This document shows, piece after piece, positions 20,801 to 28,925 of a stretch of DNA of 64,000 bases (positions are counted from its first letter, which is position 1; the number at the start of each line of letters is the position of its first letter). Location: IMG/VR virus record IMGVR_UViG_3300030098_005649. The stretch is one strand, 5' to 3'. The position numbers and the translations under genes were made by a program. The notes below the pieces were generated by a model. That model saw only the letters and a program-made list of their open reading frames with translations, was not told the DNA's origin and did no database searches. The stretch comes from a virus. Taxonomy: Duplodnaviria > Caudoviricetes.

Positions 20801-22367
20801 ATTGATTTTGAGAATATCAGGTGATGATGATAAAAATTTAGACGAGAGTGGTAATGCGTTTTTAAATGATGTAAGTTCTCGTCAAACTGCAGTTTATACT
20901 GCAAGTGTACATAATTACACAAGTGGTAATAGACCACACTTTTCATCTGTGGTGGATAAACAACAGATGCAAACACCTAATCTCGGTCCTAATCGTAGAA
21001 GTGCAGTAAAGGTTAGAATAGAAAGACAAAGACCAAAAGATTCATTTGATGGTGGTGGTACTGCTCCACCTTTATCTGTTGATGAGAGTAGAGAACAAAG
21101 TTCTTTAGATTATGCACCATTGGATAGTAATAAGGTTGGGGTATATTTTGCACCAACTGATGTTATCAATGAAGACATAATATCAACAGTTGCTAATTTA
21201 GATTTTGATAATTACATTGGTGACCCACAAGATTTAGAAAAAGAATTTTATCCAACATTGAGATACATAGGTGATAGGTATTGGAGAAAGTACTCAAGTC
21301 CAAATAACTTTTTTGACTATTTGAGATTATTGACTTACTATGACCAAACATTATTTGACCAACTGAGACAAATGATTCCTGCTCGAGCTAATGCAACATT
21401 AGGTGTATTGGTAGAACCTAATATTTTAGAGAGGTCAAGAGTAAAAACTTCACTAACACCAATACCAGAAAAACTTATTTTAGAAGATACTATATTTTTG
21501 AACCAAAGACAAGAATATGTTACTGATGATTTTCCTGATGAGAGAAAAACTGCATATGGTAATCAAATAACATCAAGTATGCATACTGATAAGAATGAGT
21601 TCTTGAGTCAAAGTATAGATGTGTATAATGAAAATGTAAGTGGTTCACACCACTTTATATCTGGTTCGTTACCTGATTTAGTAAGAATATCAGAATCTAT
21701 TTCTGCACAAACAGATGGTATAGTACAATACGAGTCAAGTGCAAGTGGATTATCAAGTAATATAGAGGTAACAGATTTCAACAGAGCAGTTACTGGTAGT
21801 AGTAATTACTTCGGATTAGATTTAGCAAGAGGAACTGGTAGTTTTGGTCACATAGGAAATGTAAATGGATTGGTAAATATAACTTCATCAAAGGATGAAA
21901 TTGTATTGGATAGTGGTTCAAACATTAGTTGGACATACAGATTAGGTTCACTAAAAGGATTGGATTTCGATGGTACATTGTATGGTTCAGAACATAGTGG
22001 TTCAATGGTAGTTGGTACACCACCAAAATTTTTCTATGAGGCAACTTGTTCAGTAGCACAAGATGCTCCACTAAAAAGAGGTGTACAAAAAACTATATTG
22101 AATTATAGTAGTTCATTAGATGAAGTTACAAATCAACCATATGTTTATTCTTCATCATTAGTAACTTCTGATGTCAAACCTTGGTATGATGAGTTTGAAT
22201 CTACATTCCGTTCATTTTATGGTGGAGTAAAGAATAGTGAAATGCCAGACGAATCCTTACCAGTAGAAATAAACATAGTTTCACCAACATCTGTTCAAAC
22301 TGAGGCTGACAATGGAACAGATATTTCAGTACAAGGTGATAATCTAACAGACATAACAACTATATAA
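14817..22367 (+). CDS. 2516-aa baseplate wedge/tail protein with ConA/LamG-like and Ig-like segments
   Basis: LKYKGTPRAMKYILNCYGI (gp7/P2 gpI-like block), LamG-like TLQFRFR...MMEMRLW, GVLVEPNILER; position in the baseplate cluster. Confidence 0.6.
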   Translation: MALEYNEKTGHYSRIPNSIEDLLIVDSVDPVIVDPPYGTHENDFIEVIIKDEDDNFLKSVKHYWLDQIDNPYMNIIQPDGTGDASFDGGLEKIRVDVHRILNEADYVIGNYNVEVYFFRATGGRDEFILVDSSDTPYDGDYWVDVDGRIYAGIKPEISFELFLKPYAYMIHEVSPNQTEARIIPHFINDDKFKEDFRLLGYTCVYYEGLGKPDFGGGRFETYGTNIDEHNTFRLTNRHPDDPGFTSKFKGGRLLVRDSIYLGEEIDPSESETLSPTIETEIIDPTVNLARNNTFLEDFGISQGAGKFTQTEFLENNFNGFPTFQLTYETPWAPIRPVFKRKVAFGDDVSNPNALYELDNGLVELTYLPADTELLNLPEGNNNPRFDIFRKTPISNSVVRMRVAQERADLPGQIAASNNYVWMYGIRKVFDLKTPLTDGPFTISYYVAAYELGNQTSFPFEDHNVSDDILGREVRIRTEISNMDGSNDPSRVVDVTTYSALETDDKFRYIRISKTYRGSEESTKGSPSNMMVSISHLDPQAGSNLFLTGFQIESGEEVTDFVRTARSEELEKQTTGTARFIQTENSNLSENKIQLTLSDTDSLNEKMSQGGMITLKKSVVKTEQLERDNSENRVEIPMIDDSFGDFEQQETRRPLSRRYKWDNTLHKNSIRVQNWTPGFNYFTRGVHRGTSTSGYHAHFTDGKGAEGDIAMVFPNLNDQFQTDDGWQGTAQDPVGASNPRRWLGLSSRIQPLTSNYLKNGDKVRLDFKMSATKAGGGVHVGLYHYEPRANISQTPQEPPVNPPSGFRGVWFGNPRFIRNQDVGNGNGQRLTNQGSDDKRYYLYISDDDVEAGTIDVEVGVFSSQTEQKPVTFTWFINGNDVTNESWAGPNRLLRVPVSVLNENDEITVEANVNRFDPEPEDFGIDFDAEDIEDIITDDAIALAKEPLPLATFNSLLTPETLESDQSLVIKFLVPDTDATISFPEAKSELEIRWGGKDKIPTTKNMPRLQPKNLLALAAVGAGLFATTTAAWYAYAFRRFRELIRRRNEVRRARRLYFSFILGAIRFGRQNMRRGTLTSSNEYEWRGWNWRLNDDHFFVRTFGQMSSDVNPEQTPKALKLVQVNKVNEFGDYFVEFPVGSAWVINRDIQLYFYGHRQPIPIGNTTFVSGPILATGIMDEREDGVQVATPTLGDMKIPITEVDIENNTITVPDNSYTDGVLGMSGVARNIAGVNQFNSFEFIIEYTSKEESSSPVYADFEANITEIITPDLIRLESTYESKATPLGWETNDVVPTEKVHLNWVSRYNITKEDNLNTILNFGNGKHYLTTNFKADKDTVPNYPYSVVYKTLNSMTDVNPQDNVYVCEEIVSPMVEKVRLNPFINAPNPTSVLRLPNLGTGLDSPVRDRTTKFENYYDVVGLSGSSVQEAIENKYISGSDSATMNVDFSRFENFINLSSVEDRIKIFRDKLIRMETFANYSSSLVGTYSGSGYLGNAANTPATGSIVKDEIKKWAKLRREVLNSFDPFETYMYEQSSSYLSSSNGEFYDNAWPKIGGSGTYFDPYVLAPVSTSQAQTWLTSQITSASLFDTNNFGSLDNNLPLYVQENIDNTEFVKLFKMVGHFFDNERAYIGGLTQTYDREDDVNKGLSKNLITSVAKSFGWKLQQGRDLVKLDKIALGAYVSGSGDQRKYAQSSLTPEEDITNEIWNRILNNMPLFLKYKGTPRAMKYILNCYGIPSTILRVREYGGPAVGGDVTADPTFEITRKFTKALEFKRSGGTYIKVPNPIDDQSSRKFETLQFRFRSELSSSNQMLIQADNDKMFVVLNDNGSSDNMGSVGLFLEDSNGKNHFVTSSIMPVYDNEFYSVMITRGSGSYLSPITSDSVPSNVQYDMFVKKYDASREKIQYSSHVSFSFDGNVSALSGSVNTAWTGSDFLQFGGNGTPTLLTTYQSGSVNYLPFSGSMMEMRLWTEPLSESVFNNFTRAPKTYNGNDSDSHYDKLILRISGDDDKNLDESGNAFLNDVSSRQTAVYTASVHNYTSGNRPHFSSVVDKQQMQTPNLGPNRRSAVKVRIERQRPKDSFDGGGTAPPLSVDESREQSSLDYAPLDSNKVGVYFAPTDVINEDIISTVANLDFDNYIGDPQDLEKEFYPTLRYIGDRYWRKYSSPNNFFDYLRLLTYYDQTLFDQLRQMIPARANATLGVLVEPNILERSRVKTSLTPIPEKLILEDTIFLNQRQEYVTDDFPDERKTAYGNQITSSMHTDKNEFLSQSIDVYNENVSGSHHFISGSLPDLVRISESISAQTDGIVQYESSASGLSSNIEVTDFNRAVTGSSNYFGLDLARGTGSFGHIGNVNGLVNITSSKDEIVLDSGSNISWTYRLGSLKGLDFDGTLYGSEHSGSMVVGTPPKFFYEATCSVAQDAPLKRGVQKTILNYSSSLDEVTNQPYVYSSSLVTSDVKPWYDEFESTFRSFYGGVKNSEMPDESLPVEINIVSPTSVQTEADNGTDISVQGDNLTDITTI

Positions 22368-22392
22368 AAATGATTGATAATTCTAAAAACAA

Positions 22393-22400
22393 ATATTTAT
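22393..22400 (+). promoter_or_regulatory. Putative late promoter ATATTTAT
   Basis: Intergenic, 55 nt before ATG 22455, followed by AGGAG SD. Confidence 0.55.
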
Positions 22401-22454
22401 TACAAATGGTTACAAGTCATCCGTTAAAACTAAATTACAATAGGAGAGAAAGAA

Positions 22455-23168
22455 ATGGGATTTCTTAATAATACTAGCCAGACTATTGATGCAATTCTCA
22501 CCAAACGAGGTAGGGAAAGACTTGCACAAACTGGCCAGTTAAATATAACAAAATTCGCATTAGCTGATGATGAAGTCGATTACGCTTTGTGGGATCCTTC
22601 ACATCCTAATGGAACAAATTCTTATGGTACGGTAATTGAAAATATGCCCGTACTTGAACCTGTACAAGACCAATCTTTATCATTGAGATATAAACTTGTC
22701 ACTCGTGCAGACGAACCTGAAAAATTAGCATTTATTGATTCTTCAGGATTAGAGTCTCAGACAATATCATATTTTCCAAATAATAGTGGTCAAAAATTTA
22801 CAGAGGCTCAATTGACAATTGGTCAAACACAAAATTCACCAGTTGATAGTGAGTCATATACCGTGACTGTTCAGAACTCAATTGTTTGTGTAATACCACA
22901 ACAGGCTGGAGTTACTGGAGATTTCAATCAGTATGCTGTAGGTGGTGCTCTTGCAAATGTACAAACCGCTCAAACTGTAAAAATTGCAGCTGGTACAACA
23001 TCATTTTCAGTTAGGTCTAAACCAATTCTGATAGGTGATACTGATGTAACAGGAAATAATGGTGGAAGTGGGTCAAGGTCTACTAACATTATTATACAAG
23101 GTGATTTATCAGGTGCAGTCTTCGTTACTTCTATAGAAGTACACGCTAAACAAGGTACAGCATTATAA
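22455..23168 (+). CDS. Tail/baseplate structural protein, paralogue of 23185..24018
   Basis: IDAILTKRGRERLA..ITKFALADDEVDY shared with the next gene. Confidence 0.6.
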   Translation: MGFLNNTSQTIDAILTKRGRERLAQTGQLNITKFALADDEVDYALWDPSHPNGTNSYGTVIENMPVLEPVQDQSLSLRYKLVTRADEPEKLAFIDSSGLESQTISYFPNNSGQKFTEAQLTIGQTQNSPVDSESYTVTVQNSIVCVIPQQAGVTGDFNQYAVGGALANVQTAQTVKIAAGTTSFSVRSKPILIGDTDVTGNNGGSGSRSTNIIIQGDLSGAVFVTSIEVHAKQGTAL

Positions 23169-23184
23169 AATAAGGGATAAGTAA

Positions 23185-24018
23185 ATGGGATTCATTTCAG
23201 ATGATAAATTAGTCGTAGATGCAGTAGTGACCAAAGTTGGTCGTACAATGCTTGCTGAAAATAATTTCTTTCCAGTAAAGTTTGCATTAGCGGATGACGA
23301 AGTAGACTATAATCTATGGGATGAAACTCATCCTCAAGGTCCTGATTTTTACGGAGCAATAATTGATAATATGAGAATTTTAGAGGCAAACCCAAATGGT
23401 GAACCTATTGAAATGCAATATAAATTATATACTCCAATTGACGAGGAAACTGGTCAAGTTGAACAAATAGAACAAGCACCACAAATAGAAGGTGTAAGTG
23501 AAACAGTAACACTAACTGGTGAAGATGATTTCTTAGACCTTACTCCATTTATAGGTGGTAGTGATGAGGCAGTTGATTTCATATTGGAAAATACAAATTA
23601 TGCATACTTAGAAGTAATAACAGAGGATGATGGATTATCTTCAGACTTTGAAAGTATTTTTGTATTCAACAATGGTACGGAAGTCACATCAGCACAATTA
23701 CTTGGTTCTGTAGACTTGACAGATTCTCTATTGACAGCATTAGGTTTACCTGGTGGTATTACAGGTATTTCACAAATATCACAATTAGCATCACCTGAAG
23801 AAGTTGAGAACTTCAAAGAGTGGGTAAATTCTGGATATAAGAATGACCCACCAAACCCAACTAAGGGAATGAAACCAGGTGTCAAACCACCTACACCAAA
23901 AGATATTCCTCAATTTCAAAGTGGATTGATAAGTACCGAAAAGGGAGAGGCTGATACTAAGTCTGATAACCTTACACCTCCAGGATTTGATAGTAAGGAA
24001 ACAGGAGGAGGAAAATAA
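23185..24018 (+). CDS. Tail/baseplate structural protein, paralogue of 22455..23168, with Pro-rich tail
   Basis: VDAVVTKVGRTMLA..KFALADDEVDYNLWD..HPQG. Confidence 0.6.
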   Translation: MGFISDDKLVVDAVVTKVGRTMLAENNFFPVKFALADDEVDYNLWDETHPQGPDFYGAIIDNMRILEANPNGEPIEMQYKLYTPIDEETGQVEQIEQAPQIEGVSETVTLTGEDDFLDLTPFIGGSDEAVDFILENTNYAYLEVITEDDGLSSDFESIFVFNNGTEVTSAQLLGSVDLTDSLLTALGLPGGITGISQISQLASPEEVENFKEWVNSGYKNDPPNPTKGMKPGVKPPTPKDIPQFQSGLISTEKGEADTKSDNLTPPGFDSKETGGGK

Positions 24019-24632
24019 TGGCAAAAACTTTTAGTGCAAGTAATATAACAAAAGGTGATGTTGATAAACTTGTACAAGCTGCAATAGATGGTTCTCCAGC
24101 ATTTGGTGATAAAGTAACCAAAACAAAACCTTTGATAAAAAAAGGTAAGGAACAAACCAAAAAGGCAAAAAATACAGAGTTTGCTACAACAGACCCATTG
24201 GTTGTTACTGGTAAATCTGTAAGATTGATTGCAAAACCTGTATCACAAGATAGAGAAGTGGTAGTGGTTTTGAAGGGTAGAAAAAGTGGAGCAACTAAAA
24301 GAATAGTCGTTACTATAAAAAAAGGTGACAAGAAAAATGTCAAACCTATACAAGATTTTGATTTCAAAGGAACAACACCATTTATCAGTACACCAAAACC
24401 TGATACGGGTACTTTGGAAGATAAATCAAAAGATTTTAGTATGTTGAGTAATGACGAACAAGTCAAACAAGAAAAACAAGTTTTACAACAAAAACAGGCA
24501 GAGGCTGACCAATTGATACAACAACTTGAGACAATGAAGGAACAAGGAATTGATAAGACTTCAGTACCACCAGAATTTGGTGGAACAAAAGATGATGGTG
24601 TTGATGATGGCATCCTCAATATGGAAAAGTAG
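24018..24632 (+). CDS. Hypothetical Lys-rich protein
   Basis: GGAGG SD, coupled start, 204 aa. Confidence 0.55.
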   Translation: MAKTFSASNITKGDVDKLVQAAIDGSPAFGDKVTKTKPLIKKGKEQTKKAKNTEFATTDPLVVTGKSVRLIAKPVSQDREVVVVLKGRKSGATKRIVVTIKKGDKKNVKPIQDFDFKGTTPFISTPKPDTGTLEDKSKDFSMLSNDEQVKQEKQVLQQKQAEADQLIQQLETMKEQGIDKTSVPPEFGGTKDDGVDDGILNMEK

Positions 24633-24653
24633 AAACAAATTTAAAATTAACTA

Positions 24654-24661
24654 ATATTTAT
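24654..24661 (+). promoter_or_regulatory. Putative late promoter ATATTTAT
   Basis: Intergenic, directly before AGGAG SD and ATG 24679. Confidence 0.55.
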
Positions 24662-24678
24662 TCGTAGGAGTAATTAAA

Positions 24679-25713
24679 ATGGCAACATTCAAAACAATAG
24701 AAAGTGTAGTACCAAGTCAAAGAAGTACAGTTTCCGCGGGTATATGGAGTGGTGGAACAGGTACACTTACTACATTTTTCATAAACACAACACAATCTGG
24801 ATCGAGTGGTAATTACTACTACGATGTTTATAAGGATAACCCAGCAACTGATACCACCGCAACCGCTCAGTTTGGGATTACTTATGGACATTTTCAAGGT
24901 AGTGGTTCATTCAACACAGTAGATGGTAATAATCCAAGTAAGGCAATTTACAGACAATTGTCAAATGTCTTATTATCTCCTGGTGGGAATCGTAGATTCA
25001 AAATCACCAAAGGTGGAACTGTAACAGACTTTGATGGTCTATATGCTATAGTACTGAATAGGTCTCGTATGAGAGAAAAGATGGATCCAGGTAATTGGGA
25101 ACTTCGTCTTTCTGGTAGTTTCGGAGCAACTGCAGCAGATAATGGTATCGTAAAACTAATTGACGATAGTAATGCTACAACAGACCCAAGTGTCGCAAGA
25201 ACACAAACGGTATTCAATGTTGTTAGTGGTTCTATTGCAAGTGGTGATTCTGTATTTGATAGTGATACCAATCCACTTGGTTTATTTTTTCCAAATCACG
25301 GAATTATTGTTCTATCTCAAGATGAGTTAGGTGGTAGATACGATGTATCTGAAATAAATCCAATCAATTTTGCAGCTTCTTCTTCAAATGCAAATGACAA
25401 TAATGCATTCAAATTATTTAGTCAAGTTTCTGCATCACAATACTTTGTGGCAAGAAGAGAAGAGTCTGTAAAATCTACACATTATTTCTGTAGGGTGAAT
25501 CACGATGAGTTCAATTATAGTTCTAATCCAACTTATCAAACTGGTAGTGGTGATTTTGTAGTACCATCTTTCAAACAAGACCCAAAGGCATACATAACTA
25601 CTGTCGGTCTTTACAATGAGAGTAATGACTTATTAGCTGTGGCTAAGTTGAGTCAGCCGATATTGAAATCAAGTGCGAGAGAAGCAGTAATAAAGGTACG
25701 ATTAGATTTCTAA
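24679..25713 (+). CDS. Tail/baseplate structural protein
   Basis: C-terminal YITTVGLYNESNDLLAVAKLSQPI..IKVRLDF shared with the next gene. Confidence 0.65.
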   Translation: MATFKTIESVVPSQRSTVSAGIWSGGTGTLTTFFINTTQSGSSGNYYYDVYKDNPATDTTATAQFGITYGHFQGSGSFNTVDGNNPSKAIYRQLSNVLLSPGGNRRFKITKGGTVTDFDGLYAIVLNRSRMREKMDPGNWELRLSGSFGATAADNGIVKLIDDSNATTDPSVARTQTVFNVVSGSIASGDSVFDSDTNPLGLFFPNHGIIVLSQDELGGRYDVSEINPINFAASSSNANDNNAFKLFSQVSASQYFVARREESVKSTHYFCRVNHDEFNYSSNPTYQTGSGDFVVPSFKQDPKAYITTVGLYNESNDLLAVAKLSQPILKSSAREAVIKVRLDF

Positions 25714-25731
25714 ACATAATAGAGGATTGAA

Positions 25732-26865
25732 ATGGGAGTATTTAGAACCGTTGATCCTGAAGACATAAATCTACGAGAGTACACAGCCCATAAGGATTTT
25801 TCTCTAACACAAAAAGATAGTGGTAGTGGAGTATTTGGACTACGAGGGATAACTGGATCTACTCATTTATTCGTTTCAGAATCTGCGGCAAGTCAGAGTT
25901 TTTTTAGTGGTAGTACAGAGTTGGCTACATTCTATGATATACCAACATACTATACGGTAAAACATATGTTTTATGAATATGACCAATTACCGAACAGACA
26001 AAGTATATCCAATAGATATGCACCATTTGTATTCAATCCACCAAATATGTTCTATCCTTATAATAGACCATCTGGCTCGTTACGAAATATCAAACCAATA
26101 CACGACCACATCAATGTAATCACATTACCTCAATCTCATTTTGGTGAAAATATAAAACCTAAATCGATAAAACTAACAGATAATTCTGGAGATTCGACAG
26201 TTACCATAAAAGATGATGGATTTGGTAACCTATATGATAACGATTTTTCTGCAAGTTTTGCAGCTGGTGAGATAGCAAATGGTTCGGGTTCTGTAATCGG
26301 TAATGTATTTTATGATGCTGGATTATTATGTTTTACTCATACTGGTTCAAGATATAGAAATATTGGATTGGGTGATGGAACAGATGGATTTGAAATAGAT
26401 TTTGAAGGTACTCAGAAAATATTTGAATACGAATACTTAGTTACTGCAAAACAAGGTCAATTCAATTCCACAAACAATCCAAGTGCGTGGACAAACAACA
26501 CAAATAATCCTACATCATCCATTGTAATGTCTTCTGGAGTTAGTTCGTCCTTATTAGATGAAGTAGATGAACTTACAGGTAAGTGGATATTAGATGGTAG
26601 AGTTCCAAATTTTTGGGGATATGACTCACAATCTTGGTTTCTAACTGATGATGGACAAACCTTTGACCATACCAAATATAGTGTTGATAATGTTGCAAAA
26701 GCATCTCTTAGGTCAGAATTGACCTCATCTGAATGGCAACCCTACATTACTACGGTTGGGTTATATGACGATGAGGGTAATTTATTAGTAATTGGTAAGA
26801 CATCGAAACCAATAAAGAATTTTGAAGACCTATCCCTATCATTTATCCTTAGATTCGACACATAA
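25732..26865 (+). CDS. Tail/baseplate structural protein, paralogue of 24679..25713
   Basis: C-terminal PYITTVGLYDDEGNLLVIGKTSKPI..FILRFDT. Confidence 0.65.
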   Translation: MGVFRTVDPEDINLREYTAHKDFSLTQKDSGSGVFGLRGITGSTHLFVSESAASQSFFSGSTELATFYDIPTYYTVKHMFYEYDQLPNRQSISNRYAPFVFNPPNMFYPYNRPSGSLRNIKPIHDHINVITLPQSHFGENIKPKSIKLTDNSGDSTVTIKDDGFGNLYDNDFSASFAAGEIANGSGSVIGNVFYDAGLLCFTHTGSRYRNIGLGDGTDGFEIDFEGTQKIFEYEYLVTAKQGQFNSTNNPSAWTNNTNNPTSSIVMSSGVSSSLLDEVDELTGKWILDGRVPNFWGYDSQSWFLTDDGQTFDHTKYSVDNVAKASLRSELTSSEWQPYITTVGLYDDEGNLLVIGKTSKPIKNFEDLSLSFILRFDT

Positions 26866-26877
26866 TAAAATTATATA

Positions 26878-26885
26878 ATATTTAT
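26878..26885 (+). promoter_or_regulatory. Putative late promoter ATATTTAT
   Basis: Intergenic; precedes the envelope gene cluster (GGAG SD, ATG 26924). Confidence 0.55.
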
Positions 26886-26923
26886 ATTAGAATGGGAAAT
26901 CCCATTTTATATGGAGAAAAAAT

Positions 26924-28216
26924 ATGAAATACGGTTTACTAATTACACTATTGACTTCTTCTTTGTTGTTTGGTGAAAACGAAATTTGGAAGTTTTTTAA
27001 ATACTCTACTGCGTATGGTAGTTTCAGTTTAAATGCACCACGATATCAAGACGATAGATTTGCAATAACTGGTGGATTATCTACAGGAGCACTTGAGGTA
27101 AAAAGAACTGAAAGAGAATTGAAACCTGATTTCCAAACATCTTTTGGTCTTCGTAAGATAGGTAGATTCCAATACGAACCAAAGAGAGGTGTAAAGTCTG
27201 CTGGTAAGGGTGGAACTTGGTATGATGGTTCAGAACAAAATGCAAATGAAAGTGCTACATTCGGACCTGTAAAGGGATGGGAGTATCTCATCAAATTTTC
27301 TGAGGGTAGACAATGGGGTAATGATTATAAAAACCAAGAGTTTTGGGTAAGATATATTGGACAATATCTAATGGCTAAAATTGGTTGGACAGATTTAGGT
27401 CTTGAAGATATTAGTTATGGTCAAGGTGATATTAGATTACATCTAACACCTGAGGTATTGGGAAACAAACTACATTTTTCTATTGGTGCTAAACACAGAC
27501 AACATCCTGTATATGGATTCGATGCTATGGTATTGGATACAACTTGGTATAAAGGACAATGGTGGAATTTTGCAGAAGATGCTTTTGGTATCGATGATAA
27601 TATGTGGTATGACCCAACAATGCAAGATGAAGACGGAAATTGGATTCATCAAGATTTATATGAAGTAGATCCTGTAACAGGTGAACTTAGACTCATAGAA
27701 GGTGACGGCCCTTTTTGGAATGAAGGTGGACAATATTGGGGACACGATTGGTTGTGGAGAGATGAGAATGGTAGAATATTTGCATATACCGATAGAGAAT
27801 ATTTCTTATATCATTTTCCTGGTATGTTAGAGGAATATGTAGATGGTGTAAAGAAAGACTTAGGTTATCAGAGTGAAACATCTTTAGTATTAGGTATTGA
27901 TTTTTATCATTATGGTGAGAATTGGTGGATACATACTTGGGGTAATTGGATGCCTGTTCATTATGGTCATTCAAAACACGCATACCATAACGCAGCTCAT
28001 TACCAAACTCACTTAGAAGAAGGTAGACCTGCTCATAAATTTATGTATATGGAGCCAATGTGGCATGATTGGAATGATTATGATGTTGGTGCTATATTTG
28101 GTGTAAAACTAAAAGACAACTTAGGAGTATTTACTGAGGGTAGATATTTATATTATTGGGAACGACCAGCATATGATGTGAAGTTTGGTATAAACTATCA
28201 ATTTGTAGGTTGGTAA
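26924..28216 (+). CDS. Secreted Trp/Tyr-rich protein, predicted outer-membrane beta-barrel
   Basis: Sec signal peptide MKYGLLITLLTSSLLFG; alternating amphipathic strands; C-terminal YDVKFGINYQFVGW beta-signal-like end. Confidence 0.6.
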   Translation: MKYGLLITLLTSSLLFGENEIWKFFKYSTAYGSFSLNAPRYQDDRFAITGGLSTGALEVKRTERELKPDFQTSFGLRKIGRFQYEPKRGVKSAGKGGTWYDGSEQNANESATFGPVKGWEYLIKFSEGRQWGNDYKNQEFWVRYIGQYLMAKIGWTDLGLEDISYGQGDIRLHLTPEVLGNKLHFSIGAKHRQHPVYGFDAMVLDTTWYKGQWWNFAEDAFGIDDNMWYDPTMQDEDGNWIHQDLYEVDPVTGELRLIEGDGPFWNEGGQYWGHDWLWRDENGRIFAYTDREYFLYHFPGMLEEYVDGVKKDLGYQSETSLVLGIDFYHYGENWWIHTWGNWMPVHYGHSKHAYHNAAHYQTHLEEGRPAHKFMYMEPMWHDWNDYDVGAIFGVKLKDNLGVFTEGRYLYYWERPAYDVKFGINYQFVGW

Positions 28217-28229
28217 ATAGGAGAATCTG

Positions 28230-28301
28230 ATGTCCGAATGTGGATGTAAAGACTGTATTTGCAATGGTGGATGTATGAATTGCAAATGTTGTAAGTGTTA
28301 G
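28230..28301 (+). CDS. Metallothionein-like micropeptide MSECGCKDCICNGGCMNCKCCKC (23 aa, 9 Cys), absent from the ORF track
   Basis: AGGAG SD at 28219-28223, ATG 28230, TAG overlapping the next gene's SD; fills the whole intergenic gap. Confidence 0.75.
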   Translation: MSECGCKDCICNGGCMNCKCCKC

Positions 28302-28310
28302 GAGATAAAA

Positions 28311-28925
28311 ATGAATCACGAAGAAGTATATAATGTAGTAAGAACGATTTGTGGCTCAATATTGTTATCAACAATGTTTTTGATGTCAAGTTGTGAGGAC
28401 GACAAAGTAGAAGAACCATTAGTCGAAAGTATTGAGATGTGGGTAAATGGTGCAGAGATTGTAGCTCGTGAATATTACGAGAGTATAACCTCATATGGAG
28501 CATCCTCAGTACAAGAAGATGGTTCTATAAAAAAAGTATTTGTATTACACTTCCAAAGGGAAGATGGTAGAGTTACACCTGAGAAAGAACATTACGCTTT
28601 GATTATGTATGATAATGATGGTGCAGATAATGGACAACTGATAGATGAAAAATTGTACATAGGTGGAACAGCGGTTGATTCACTTAGACCTGATTTACTT
28701 GAAAGTACAAGTGGTAGGGTAACATTAGAGATTGTTGGTCTATCTGATTTTACAGAATTTGGTCAAGGTGCAATCACTAAGTATGAGGATGGACTTGTTG
28801 ATGGTATGGTAGATGGTTACTTCTTCAATCCTTACAGAAATGAAATGCAACACGGTATAATTATTTTCGAGAACTTAGAAGTAGGTACAGATCCTGAGGC
28901 TACTTTTTATCAAGGAGTTTATTAG
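28311..28925 (+). CDS. Lipoprotein
   Basis: Hydrophobic stretch ending in lipobox-like LMSS-C followed by EDDK. Confidence 0.7.
   Translation: MNHEEVYNVVRTICGSILLSTMFLMSSCEDDKVEEPLVESIEMWVNGAEIVAREYYESITSYGASSVQEDGSIKKVFVLHFQREDGRVTPEKEHYALIMYDNDGADNGQLIDEKLYIGGTAVDSLRPDLLESTSGRVTLEIVGLSDFTEFGQGAITKYEDGLVDGMVDGYFFNPYRNEMQHGIIIFENLEVGTDPEATFYQGVY

Noticed and set aside
23972-24619. 215-aa minus-strand ORF
   Set aside because: Antisense to 24018..24632, which has a clear SD and coupled start.
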